Positions 1 through 8,433 of a stretch of DNA of 25,081 bases are shown piece after piece. The notes below the pieces were generated by a model that did not search any database, was not told the origin of the DNA, and saw only the letters and a program-made list of their open reading frames with translations. The DNA is from a virus (taxonomy: Duplodnaviria > Caudoviricetes). The position numbers were made by a program, and so were the translations under genes. The stretch covers positions 1 to 25,081 of IMG/VR virus record IMGVR_UViG_3300044580_000013; one strand, written 5' to 3'. How positions within the stretch are numbered: position 1 is the stretch's first letter; every line of letters begins with the position of its first letter.

Positions 1-12
1 CTAGGGCTAAAG
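1..12. repeat. Terminal overlap, copy 1 (CTAGGGCTAAAG)
   Basis: Identical to 25070-25081. Confidence 0.9.
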
Positions 13-370
13 AACAATCCACGTAGTTGAACCTTTCCTTGTCGAACCACTTGTCGAAATCCTCTGCAATTCGGTAACATCTACCAAGAACTAGCCTATC
101 TGCTCCCCATTTGCCTACGTCCGGGTCTTTTACAACCATTGCGCCTTGCGGAATGGTTACCTCATAAATTAAATCGCCATGATCTAAGAATAACGGTAAG
201 TTCTCGTAATCCGTAAAGTACAGCCTACCCCCAACACGGGAGGCATTAGGGTCGTCGTTGAAAGGTTCGTTAAGCACATTAAGCCCTTTTTTGTAGATAA
301 ATCCATTGTGGTTGTGATTTTTCCTTACTACCTTGTAGTAGGTTTTGCTGTAGTCGAATGCTGATTCCAT
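1..370 (-). CDS. 5' part of end-spanning early protein (MESAFDYSKTYYKVVRKNQHHNGFIYKKGLN...), continuing at 25069-24972; 155 aa if the ends are joined
   Basis: Hand translation from the ATG at 370 is open to base 1. The start has an A-rich upstream region. Absent from the ORF track because it runs off the edge. Confidence 0.85.
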   Translation of the reverse strand, partial: MESAFDYSKTYYKVVRKNHNHNGFIYKKGLNVLNEPFNDDPNASRVGGRLYFTDYENLPLFLDHGDLIYEVTIPQGAMVVKDPDVGKWGADRLVLGRCYRIAEDFDKWFDKERFNYVDCSLAL

Positions 371-382
371 TTTTTTGTTTTT

Positions 383-577
383 TTAACGATTAAACTTATA
401 AGTTGATTTTTTACCTATACGGAAGAGCTCTACCTCTTCCCAATTTCGCTGTGTTAGCTTAAGATACCTATTAACCACCTGGCGAAGCTCCATGAGGCTA
501 TCGCTCTCGGCAGGCAAGCCGTCAATCATCAACGGCTCTCCATTTTTCCACCTCGCTACATAGCTCTTGCTTCTCAT
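383..577 (-). CDS. Hypothetical early protein (likely start MRSKSYV at 577; track start 613)
   Basis: The ATG at 577 lies just after the stop of the upstream ORF and fills the gap in the early operon. Confidence 0.65.
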   Translation of the reverse strand: MRSKSYVARWKNGEPLMIDGLPAESDSLMELRQVVNRYLKLTQRNWEEVELFRIGKKSTYKFNR

Positions 578-578
578 T

Positions 579-824
579 TTAGCACTCCTCGGAATAAAAA
601 TAACCTCCGTCATAGCTTATGGTGTCATCTTCTTTTTCGGCAATTAAGTTGCCGTCGCAGTCGTACACTTCCCCATCATCAGTTGGGAAGTAGTTGGCAT
701 CCAGCAGGCGTTGGTAAACCTTTTCGACCGCCTGCCTTGCGCTTACAGCCATAATGGTGTAATCGAGGGTTTTGTAACGCCTGGCGTTACCATTGTACAT
801 AACCCTGTACGTTTTCTTGTTCAT
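579..824 (-). CDS. Hypothetical early protein, 81 aa
   Basis: ORF track; A-rich start context AAAAAACAAAAAACTATG. Confidence 0.75.
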   Translation of the reverse strand: MNKKTYRVMYNGNARRYKTLDYTIMAVSARQAVEKVYQRLLDANYFPTDDGEVYDCDGNLIAEKEDDTISYDGGYFYSEEC

Positions 825-837
825 AGTTTTTTGTTTT

Positions 838-1080
838 TTAAAGGTACATTAATCTGCGTTGGTTTTCCTGGTGCTTTTCCTGAATAGCGGTTGCATAATC
901 ATGCGAAATGTAAAAGGTTATCTCGGAAACCTCGTTCAGAATGTCAACCTGCTTAGGGCTTGCCCTGTAAATGTCTTTTGAAATGATGGTTTGGGCAATT
1001 TTTGAAGCGAAAACGTTTAAAGTAGCAATTCTTCTGAGTTCAGCTTCGTGCTCTTCGGTAAATGTTAGTGTTGTTTCCAT
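838..1080 (-). CDS. Hypothetical first early protein (likely start METTLTF at 1080; track start 1158)
   Basis: The longer start overlaps the predicted promoter. The ATG at 1080 has AAAAGCTATG context, as several other genes do. Confidence 0.7.
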   Translation of the reverse strand: METTLTFTEEHEAELRRIATLNVFASKIAQTIISKDIYRASPKQVDILNEVSEITFYISHDYATAIQEKHQENQRRLMYL

Positions 1081-1141
1081 AGCTTTTAATTTTTCAATGT
1101 AAAAGGTTTCTGGCTCGCCGTGTTTGATTTTAATTACAATG

Positions 1142-1172
1142 TAAAGATACAGCGGCATTCACCTACCTCCAA
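1142..1172 (-). promoter_or_regulatory. Putative early promoter (TTGGAG-N17-TATCTTTA)
   Basis: One mismatch to the Bacteroidota -7 box TAnnTTTG. Same TTG-to-TA spacing as the promoters at 19141 and 20029. Lies just past the late terminator. Confidence 0.5.
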
Positions 1173-1179
1173 TTATTTT

Positions 1180-1210
1180 GTGTTAAAAAGTGTTAAAAGA
1201 AGTGTTAAAA
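1180..1210. repeat. Three direct repeats GTGTTAAAA (1180-1188, 1190-1198, 1202-1210); candidate operator
   Basis: Read directly; spacing 10 and 12 bp, immediately upstream of the early promoter. Confidence 0.7.
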
Positions 1211-1243
1211 AAAATAGCCCTAATTAGGGCTATCTATTTTTTT
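1207..1243 (-). terminator. Intrinsic terminator ending the late operon, possibly bidirectional
   Basis: Perfect 20-bp palindrome ATAGCCCTAATTAGGGCTAT (1214-1233) with an A-run on the left and a T-run on the right, downstream of the endolysin. Confidence 0.8.
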
Positions 1244-1286
1244 AGTGGTGGGAGCGGGAGCAAAATGTTACTGGAGTTACTATTCC

Positions 1287-1748
1287 CTATTTTATAGGTA
1301 TTCTTTTCGTTCCGTTCTTGTCTATTTTTAGAAGCATGTACCGGTTATTTTCCGCTTTGTGGCTTACATGCACCCAAGAAAAGTTGTACTCGTCAATTAG
1401 CTGGTCGAACACCACATTTTTTGCAAGCCATTCAAACGCCTCCCGGTTGCCTTTTGAAACTGTTACATCGGCAGCCTCGCCAACCGTGTGCTGAGAGGTC
1501 GGGGAACTTCCAACAATTCTATTCAACTCCTTACACCTGTAGCCACTTGTTACCACCACAACTCCGAATTTTAACCGTAACGGCTCTAATACATTGTCGC
1601 ACAAACGTTTAAGGTTGTAAACATGCTCGCTACTTATTTCGAGCTGCTTACCCATCAACCCATGCTTCACGGCGGTATCGCTGTAAAGGAACTCCCAAAT
1701 GGTAAAATGCTCGCTTAACTTTAGCTTTCTGGCTTCATTTTCCGTCAT
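1287..1748 (-). CDS. Endolysin, peptidase M15A family
   Basis: Motifs LSEHFT..EF..S.TA, VLEPLR, VTSGYRC..LN..VG, SQH..GEAAD, FDQLI.E...WVHVS. Confidence 0.92.
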   Translation of the reverse strand: MTENEARKLKLSEHFTIWEFLYSDTAVKHGLMGKQLEISSEHVYNLKRLCDNVLEPLRLKFGVVVVTSGYRCKELNRIVGSSPTSQHTVGEAADVTVSKGNREAFEWLAKNVVFDQLIDEYNFSWVHVSHKAENNRYMLLKIDKNGTKRIPIK

Positions 1749-1753
1749 TTTTT

Positions 1754-2140
1754 TTACCGTTTTATGGTTTTTGTAATCTTTTCTACACCCCTGCTACCGA
1801 AGTAAAATGCCAATGCCGTTAAGCTCATCTCACCTAGCAAGTCAATGTACTGCTGGCTTATTACGATTACCTTAAATGCGTCCAGCGTAGAAAATAGCAG
1901 GAATAGGAAAAGCAGTGTAATGAGCGTCAGCGGCCTTACATTTTTGCTCAACCAGCTATCGCTTTGCGCATCGGCCTGTAACCGCTTGGTTAGCTCTCCC
2001 TCATAGTCGTTATGAATTTGGTCCAGCTCAACTTTCAACCTAAGACGCTCCTCATCGCTGGTAACATTCCTGTCAATTGCTTCCCCCACCTTTTCAACAA
2101 GTGTCGAAGCACCGCTACTAAATAGTCCTTTTAATCCCAT
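1754..2140 (-). CDS. Holin (3TM/GTA-holin-like)
   Basis: D..SDSWLSKNVRPLTL and FYFGSRGVEK motifs, hydrophobic segments, adjacent to the endolysin. Confidence 0.85.
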   Translation of the reverse strand: MGLKGLFSSGASTLVEKVGEAIDRNVTSDEERLRLKVELDQIHNDYEGELTKRLQADAQSDSWLSKNVRPLTLITLLFLFLLFSTLDAFKVIVISQQYIDLLGEMSLTALAFYFGSRGVEKITKTIKR

Positions 2141-2151
2141 ATGCTTAATTT

Positions 2152-2448
2152 TTAAATGTTAATACCTTTCGTAAATAGGCTTACCACCATTACCGCCAGC
2201 AGCAACAGCAGCACCAGCAGGCTTACTTTTGGGTACTTTTTAACGAATTTGTACTCCATTAATTCTTCAGACGACTTAAGCAGGTGCTCATGCTTCCATT
2301 CCTCTAGCGTGTCCACCCGTTCGTTTATTTTTTTAGTCTGCTCGAGAACCAGTCCAACTTTAATGTTGATGCTTTCTATTTGCCCCCGCATTTCGGCGAG
2401 CAAAACGTTTAACTCGTTCAGGTTACTCCCAACTTTCTGATTACCCAT
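2152..2448 (-). CDS. Lysis-module membrane protein (coiled coil plus C-terminal TM helix)
   Basis: Heptad-like N-terminus, hydrophobic C-terminus, position between fibre and holin. Confidence 0.65.
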   Translation of the reverse strand: MGNQKVGSNLNELNVLLAEMRGQIESINIKVGLVLEQTKKINERVDTLEEWKHEHLLKSSEELMEYKFVKKYPKVSLLVLLLLLAVMVVSLFTKGINI

Positions 2449-3463
2449 ATTTTTCGATTTTTACAATGGCCGACTCCTGCCCAACGTTTTTAACAGTTAT
2501 GTAAGCCCTGCTACCTGCTGCGAATGGGTAGGCATCGGTTTTGGTGAACAGTTCAATTAAATTATTTAATTCGTTTTTTACTGCTACCGTTACCCCCGTT
2601 ATACTTGTATAGCCTAAAACCAAAAGTGTTACCTCCCGCCCTTCCTGCAGGTAGTTCACGTTAACCGTTAGCGTGCCGTTTAACCCTGTTGCATAGGCGT
2701 AGTAGCTATTGCCGTATGCCCTAGCGTCTATGCTTAGCGGGTTTGCAAAGGTTACCAACTTACGAATGTTCTCGAGGCTATTTATTCCCTGGTCAAATAG
2801 CGCCAGTTCTTTTGCCATGTAACCATCTGGAATAGACCCATCGCCTAGTGCAAATGCCCATCCGTAGCTGTCGTACATCCTAAATGTTAAGTTAATTACG
2901 CTTCCGGATGTGTTGTTAACGTACATTTCAAAATAGCCGTATACGTATTCTTTGTAAACGTGCCGAACAAACTCAATTCGTGGAATGTTAATAGTTGGAT
3001 TTTGTGCTGTTAGCGCATCAAGCATAGTTATTTTGTTGTAATTATTTGCAACTTTAATCATAGTGGTATGCTCCCACGATGCGGTATTTATGACTAAATT
3101 TGCAAAATTCATCCCACCCCCGCTCGACCCATTGTTAGTTACCAGCACCCTAACCCATTTAGCCGTGTTGGCAGGGAAGGCATACGTTTGCATTTCGTAG
3201 CCCGTATAAATACTTGCCCCTTTTATACGACTATTAATGATAACATCATTTGCGAACGTTGTAGCAGCGTTAAACGTGTTGGCTGCGGTAAACGTGTTAG
3301 CTGAAGCCAGTCGGGCATAGAGCGAGTCAGCCTTTGAGGTTATCCAGTTCCAAATCGTTGTGAACGTCCACTTTTTATTTGCAGTTCCGCCATAACCCAC
3401 AACGCTATCGCTCTCGGTTACGGATGATTGCACCGCAAATTCTGAAAATCTTTGGTCTGCCAT
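2441..3463 (-). CDS. Tail fibre / receptor-binding protein
   Basis: Last tail gene; MADQRFSEF N-terminus of fibre type, ANTFTAANTFNAATTF repeats, beta-rich C-terminus. Confidence 0.72.
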   Translation of the reverse strand: MADQRFSEFAVQSSVTESDSVVGYGGTANKKWTFTTIWNWITSKADSLYARLASANTFTAANTFNAATTFANDVIINSRIKGASIYTGYEMQTYAFPANTAKWVRVLVTNNGSSGGGMNFANLVINTASWEHTTMIKVANNYNKITMLDALTAQNPTINIPRIEFVRHVYKEYVYGYFEMYVNNTSGSVINLTFRMYDSYGWAFALGDGSIPDGYMAKELALFDQGINSLENIRKLVTFANPLSIDARAYGNSYYAYATGLNGTLTVNVNYLQEGREVTLLVLGYTSITGVTVAVKNELNNLIELFTKTDAYPFAAGSRAYITVKNVGQESAIVKIEKYG

Positions 3464-3481
3464 AGCTTTATTCTTTATTAT

Positions 3482-5452
3482 TTATTCTTTAACTAGTATG
3501 CTTCCTTGCTCGCCTATGAGCCGATTTCCGCTCTCGCTCAGCAGGTTGTTGGTTTCCTCAACCGACTGGTACAGCTGCACGCAGCTCATTCTAAGTTCGT
3601 TGGTAATCAGGTTGTAATCCCCGCTCAGCGCCATGTAGCGCTTGCCCTTTACTAAAAAGATTTTGTCAAACATTCGCAGCATTTCCCCACTCCCATCATC
3701 GCTGGCCAAATCAACAATGGTCTCGACGTCGTAGTTAACCCTATTTTTCGAGTACTCCCGGGCAATTTTCCTACCTACATACTCGTGTAGTTGGTATTTC
3801 GTTGTGTCCAGCTGGTCGGCAAATAGTGCCCCCACCACCATGTTAGCAGTGTCTGGGCTGGGATACTGCACGGCATTTCGGTAAAGGTAGTAGGAATTGT
3901 TTAGGTAGGTGTTCTTCGTAATAAAGGAGTGCTGCACCTCCACCTCCTTATCCTTTTTCGCTCCAGTATTGTTGATGGTTAGGGTTTCCCCCTCGTAAAA
4001 CTTGTTAGAGCTGGCAATTAGCTGCATGCTTATGCTACTAATAGTTGTAATTACCAGCGTGTAATCAGCCGTCTTGTAAGCCTGTCCGATGACAAGGTCA
4101 ATTTCATTAATATTATTTATTGGTACCAGAAGGTCAATGGATACCTTACCTCCGGCTGACTGCGTATAAATGCAGGAGGTTTCCGTATGTAGGCTTGTTG
4201 TGGTAGCCCACTGTTTCGCCACGCTATTAAAGAATTTATTTGTACCGCTTTCCACATGGTTATTCACCACCGCAAAAAATAGTTTGCACTCATCAGTAGT
4301 GTTTCGTGAGGCTAGCGTAGCCTTAATAGATAGCTGCGCACTCGCATGCGCCTCCACGACGCTAGATAGCTTTAAATACCTCGTTTGCCAGTAGTTTAAA
4401 TTCCAAACGCCAGGGGTTAAATCCTTGAAATCGAAAGCATTATTTTCCGTACCAGCCGAGTAAAACACGTAGTTTCCCTGCGAACCCTTTTTTATACAGG
4501 TTTGCCCTGTGTAGTCAAACAGGTCAATTCCAACCTTCTTGAATTGCTCGAACCCTTCCGCCAGCTCAAAGTTCAGCCCGGAATCCGCCTTAACCACGAC
4601 ATTTCTTTTGCCTACCCCTAAGTTGCGCAACGAACCAAAGGCCGTTAGCTGCTTATCTGCCATGGTGGTAGTTCCCGGGGTAATAGTTCCTAAATTATTT
4701 ATTTCTGTATAGTTAATGTTAGACAGTAGTGAACGCTGGGAAATGCTGACAAAGTAAAGGGTTTGGTAGTTACCGGTGCAGTAGTACCCAAAAGCCTTGC
4801 AAATTTCGGATAGCATGTCGTACAGGTTCATGCCGTAAATTTCATGCGTAAAGTACGCTGCCTCTAGCCCCAATTCAGGGCTGTTGGTTAGCCCACCTAT
4901 CGTGGTCAAAATGGCACTTCCATCGGCATTATACTTTTTTACCTCCCCAATTATTTTTACAATTCTTATATCCGTAACACTTCTAATATAGGGTATAATA
5001 TCATCTTTAAAACCGTAAAGTGCCTTACCAGTGCCGATAACACCTAGGTGATTGGGCATTCCGTTAACCTTCGGCTCAAATTTCTTGGTTTTTAAAATCC
5101 CTAAAACGTCAACAAATACAAGCTTTACCTCTTTAATATAGGCAGCATCATCCCACTCCACCCCATCACCGTTATAGTACCCTTGAAATATGGTTTTACC
5201 AGTAACGTCATCCTCTATTTTCACGCTTAGGTTGCTATTCAACCAGTCCATTAACCCGCCGGTATTTTTTATCAGCATGGTCAGCTCTACACTGGTGCGC
5301 CTCATCGGGGCAAAGGCATCGTCGCCATCGCTATCGTACCTAAAAACAACCTCAGGAGTAAGCTCAAATATAGGGTTATTGTTGAAATCATCGCTGTAAA
5401 GGGTTATAGCCACCCTATTCCCAACTGCCCTATTAAACGTAAATCCTGCCAT
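3482..5452 (-). CDS. Tail tip / baseplate hub protein
   Basis: 656 aa, beta-rich, directly after the tape measure gene; call rests mainly on synteny. Confidence 0.65.
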   Translation of the reverse strand: MAGFTFNRAVGNRVAITLYSDDFNNNPIFELTPEVVFRYDSDGDDAFAPMRRTSVELTMLIKNTGGLMDWLNSNLSVKIEDDVTGKTIFQGYYNGDGVEWDDAAYIKEVKLVFVDVLGILKTKKFEPKVNGMPNHLGVIGTGKALYGFKDDIIPYIRSVTDIRIVKIIGEVKKYNADGSAILTTIGGLTNSPELGLEAAYFTHEIYGMNLYDMLSEICKAFGYYCTGNYQTLYFVSISQRSLLSNINYTEINNLGTITPGTTTMADKQLTAFGSLRNLGVGKRNVVVKADSGLNFELAEGFEQFKKVGIDLFDYTGQTCIKKGSQGNYVFYSAGTENNAFDFKDLTPGVWNLNYWQTRYLKLSSVVEAHASAQLSIKATLASRNTTDECKLFFAVVNNHVESGTNKFFNSVAKQWATTTSLHTETSCIYTQSAGGKVSIDLLVPINNINEIDLVIGQAYKTADYTLVITTISSISMQLIASSNKFYEGETLTINNTGAKKDKEVEVQHSFITKNTYLNNSYYLYRNAVQYPSPDTANMVVGALFADQLDTTKYQLHEYVGRKIAREYSKNRVNYDVETIVDLASDDGSGEMLRMFDKIFLVKGKRYMALSGDYNLITNELRMSCVQLYQSVEETNNLLSESGNRLIGEQGSILVKE

Positions 5453-5455
5453 TTT

Positions 5456-7282
5456 CTAGTAGGTTAACCTGTTCATTTCCCTATTTATCACCGCCACCAG
5501 CTCGCTCCCTCTTGCCACCAGCTCCCCAGTAACCACCATCGAAGCCCCGTTGTTGGTTATCGTTCGGTTGCTCCATTCCGTGTAGCTAGGGCTGCTTGCC
5601 GTTGAGGGTGAGGAGTAACCACCCCCGCCTCCACCTCCTTCCGTAGCTGCCATTCCACCACTACCTCCTGCCGGCCCTGCAGCAAGTTTTGTCCGAACAA
5701 ATGCGGCCAACGCCACAAGTGCTGCACCTGCGGCAATTGCTGCAGCAGGATGTTTTAACAATTTTCTAAATGACATTGCACCAATGCCGGCAGCAATTAA
5801 ACTTTTTCCTAAGCTATCCATAAAGGAAACCAGTTGTCCTGCCACGTTTTTAAATACATCCCCCACGTCAGCACCAGCAGCCAGGCTGCCTATCGCATCG
5901 GCCATGCTTGCAGCTCCATTTACGGCCAATTCGGTTATGGCATTACTTACGACTTCATTTATATCAGTTATCTTTTGCGCCAGCGCATTGGCGCTCTCCA
6001 TAGCAGCTGCGTTTATTTTCTCCAACCCAACTTTTAGCTTACCGGCTACAGGACTGAGGTCAGGTAGCTTAACGCTAAGCTTCGGCTCAATGCGAACCAC
6101 CATGCTGTTTTCGAGCTGCGATTTCAGCACCTGCTGCATTTGCTCGTTTAGCTTGCGCTGCTCCTCTAGCTTTTTCCTATTTATCTCGACCTGCTTCCTT
6201 AGCTCCTCCTCCTTTATCTTCCTGGTTTCGGCTTCCTGCTTTGCGATGTTGATGTTAAATTCCCTGCTTAGCGCTAGTATATCCTCGTTAATTTTTTTGG
6301 TTTCCTCGAGTATTTTTGCCCGCTCCTTTTTTCCGCTTTGCTTTTCCTGCAGCCTTTGAAGCGCATCCCTTTGCTTTTCAAGTGCCGCTATTTCAGCCTG
6401 TATTTGCTTGTTTCTCTCCTTTCGTATATCGGTTTCTGCAGCGCCGCTAGCCTGCATAATGTCCATTTCGTACTTGTTAGCATCTATAAGCTTCCCAACA
6501 GCAAGCCTGTAACCATCAACCTCCTGCTGCGCCTGCTTAATTTCCTTGTTATGCGACGAAATGCTACGGACTAGCAACGCTATGCCTGCTCCAATGGCTG
6601 CGACTGCCGTTATTAGTGCCATTGCGGGGAAGGCATTTACTGCTGCATTCCATAGCCTTTGTGCAACCGTTGCCGCTTTCTTGGCAGTGGTGGTAACATT
6701 TACTGCTCCTGCTTCTGCCGCATTAGCTGCGGTTGTTGAGTTAATGGTGAGAATTTCCTTTAACCTAAGCGCTATTTCCTTTGTCTTTTCCTTAAGAAAA
6801 ATTCCTATGGCGTTTTGTTTCGTGAAGTCGGCTGCTGTTTGTGCGGCTTGGGCGATGGCAATTAGTGATACTGTTTTCTGCATCATCTCCTGCATTTTCT
6901 CCGTATCACCACCGAATAATCCCATCGCCCCTGACAGCCCTGCCATCATGGACGATGCTACCTGAATGCCCTGCGCCATCTTTTGAAATGGGTCGAGCGA
7001 CATAGAGTTTATGCGGGCTTGGTAGTCGCCTATCCCGTCCTTTAGCTCGGCCATCCTGCTTTGAATGGCCTTAATCTCCTCAGGCGTTTTTCCCAATAGG
7101 CTGGTTTTGGAAAGCAGCTTGTACTCCTTGCGCATTTCGCCAATGGAGGTGTTGAAATCGCCAACCTGTTTAAAAGTTCGGCTAATTTCGGCTGAGGATT
7201 CGTTGAGCTTTTTTACCAGCTCATCATTCGTTGCCCCAATTTTTACGTTAATGCCACCTATTGTGCTTCCTTCACCTGCCAT
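5456..7282 (-). CDS. Tape measure protein
   Basis: Ala-rich helical protein, INVKIGA N-terminus, AQRLWNAAVNA.P motif, coiled coils, follows the chaperone genes. Confidence 0.9.
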   Translation of the reverse strand: MAGEGSTIGGINVKIGATNDELVKKLNESSAEISRTFKQVGDFNTSIGEMRKEYKLLSKTSLLGKTPEEIKAIQSRMAELKDGIGDYQARINSMSLDPFQKMAQGIQVASSMMAGLSGAMGLFGGDTEKMQEMMQKTVSLIAIAQAAQTAADFTKQNAIGIFLKEKTKEIALRLKEILTINSTTAANAAEAGAVNVTTTAKKAATVAQRLWNAAVNAFPAMALITAVAAIGAGIALLVRSISSHNKEIKQAQQEVDGYRLAVGKLIDANKYEMDIMQASGAAETDIRKERNKQIQAEIAALEKQRDALQRLQEKQSGKKERAKILEETKKINEDILALSREFNINIAKQEAETRKIKEEELRKQVEINRKKLEEQRKLNEQMQQVLKSQLENSMVVRIEPKLSVKLPDLSPVAGKLKVGLEKINAAAMESANALAQKITDINEVVSNAITELAVNGAASMADAIGSLAAGADVGDVFKNVAGQLVSFMDSLGKSLIAAGIGAMSFRKLLKHPAAAIAAGAALVALAAFVRTKLAAGPAGGSGGMAATEGGGGGGGYSSPSTASSPSYTEWSNRTITNNGASMVVTGELVARGSELVAVINREMNRLTY

Positions 7283-7527
7283 ATTCTTGCCAGCTCGTTT
7301 ACGTCTATTTTTTCTACTTTCCTTCTACCCGTATCGCCAGGAAATTGGTAGTACTCCTCAACGCTGTATGGTTTGTCAACACTCTCGATGTACGGTGATA
7401 GGCTTAGCTGTTGATATGCAATTATACGCAACAGCTTAGCCTCTACCCCGTACACCCGTTGCTCATAGCCTGAAAGCCACGCCATAAATTCTCCCCACGT
7501 GAAGCTTTCCGCTTCGTTAGGCATCAT
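7258..7527 (-). CDS. Tail assembly chaperone C-terminal (gpT-like) segment, reached by -1 frameshift
   Basis: This frame is open from the slippery site at 7572 (KFTVGEFYRLLGTIGMMPNEAESFTWGEF). Confidence 0.8.
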   Translation of the reverse strand: MMPNEAESFTWGEFMAWLSGYEQRVYGVEAKLLRIIAYQQLSLSPYIESVDKPYSVEEYYQFPGDTGRRKVEKIDVNELARIWQVKEAQ

Positions 7528-7559
7528 GCCAATTGTGCCAAGTAGGCGGTAGAACTCGC

Positions 7560-7967
7560 CTACCGTGAACTTTTTTTTTGCTCATCGCTTGCCCGCTCAC
7601 CTTCACCTTCCCCTTCGCTTCCTTTAACAATTATGCTAACAAGCGTGTTACCTATATTTTCCAATGCTTCACCCATGTAAGCGAAACCGTGCCGGTAAAC
7701 CAGCTCGTCAATGTAGTCCTCATCAACCAGCTCCTGCCCGCACCTTTCTCGGTAGTAGTTTATTGACGTGATTAACCCGAGCTTAATTTTATCAATTGCA
7801 TCAGGTGTCGGCTTTAGGTTAGAAAAGCACTGCATCAGCACCTCGTCAATGCTGTTGTCCCCACCGTAAACCTGGTTATACCTCCTGGTTAGCTCAACAA
7901 TGTAACCCAGACCAACGGCGTACCGTTCGCCCTTTACCTCAACGTACCTTACATTTTTATTCTCCAT
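7560..7967 (-). CDS. Tail assembly chaperone (gpG-like)
   Basis: Between tail tube and tape measure genes; ends in an A9 run. Confidence 0.8.
   Translation of the reverse strand: MENKNVRYVEVKGERYAVGLGYIVELTRRYNQVYGGDNSIDEVLMQCFSNLKPTPDAIDKIKLGLITSINYYRERCGQELVDEDYIDELVYRHGFAYMGEALENIGNTLVSIIVKGSEGEGEGERASDEQKKSSR
7570..7580 (-). other. Programmed -1 ribosomal frameshift site (C AAA AAA AAA G)
   Basis: T9 at 7571-7579 on the plus strand; a -1 shift joins 7560..7967 to 7258..7527 without a stop. Confidence 0.8.
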
Positions 7968-7979
7968 AACGCTAAAATG

Positions 7980-8402
7980 TTAAGATACAGTTCCTTCGGT
8001 TTCCTCACCTGTAACCTGCAGGTCAATGCTGAATGTTATCACTCCGGCCATAGGCGCAGCCTGCGATAGCGATGTTATGATACCCTTACCGGTGTATTTT
8101 TTTTCTCCGGCCGTTACAGACCCGAAAATGTAGTCAACAGGCAATTTAGCCTTTGCGACTGCGTATACGTCTGTGTACGTTGGGTTTGTAGAATCGTTCG
8201 GGTCTATCTGACAATCCACCTTGTAGCTGTACGAATGATTTCCCGGTTCAAATGTTTTCGCACCACCAGTGCTAAGCTTAGTGGTGGTTTCAAAAGTGTC
8301 CACCTTTAAATCGTGAGTTGCGCTAACCTGCCCGGCTATCAGCTTGTCAGTTCCACCGACTTTCAGCTTAAGCAGGATTTTGCTCCCATTAATTTCTGCC
8401 AT
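7980..8402 (-). CDS. Major tail tube protein (TP901-1/Phage_tail_2-like)
   Basis: INGSKILL, ETTTK, YTGKGIITSLSQAAP..GVITFSIDLQVTGE pattern; GGAGG upstream. Confidence 0.85.
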   Translation of the reverse strand: MAEINGSKILLKLKVGGTDKLIAGQVSATHDLKVDTFETTTKLSTGGAKTFEPGNHSYSYKVDCQIDPNDSTNPTYTDVYAVAKAKLPVDYIFGSVTAGEKKYTGKGIITSLSQAAPMAGVITFSIDLQVTGEETEGTVS

Positions 8403-8433
8403 AATTCCTCCGTTTTTTTTAGTTATTAATAAT

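Noticed and set aside
2441-3463. Diversity-generating retroelement or invertible segment acting on the fibre genes
   Set aside because: No reverse transcriptase or site-specific recombinase, and I saw no template/variable repeat pair or flanking inverted repeats.
5580-5680. GC-rich Gly/Ser low-complexity stretch in the tape measure C-terminus
   Set aside because: An ordinary flexible linker; no independent repeat or RNA structure is supported.
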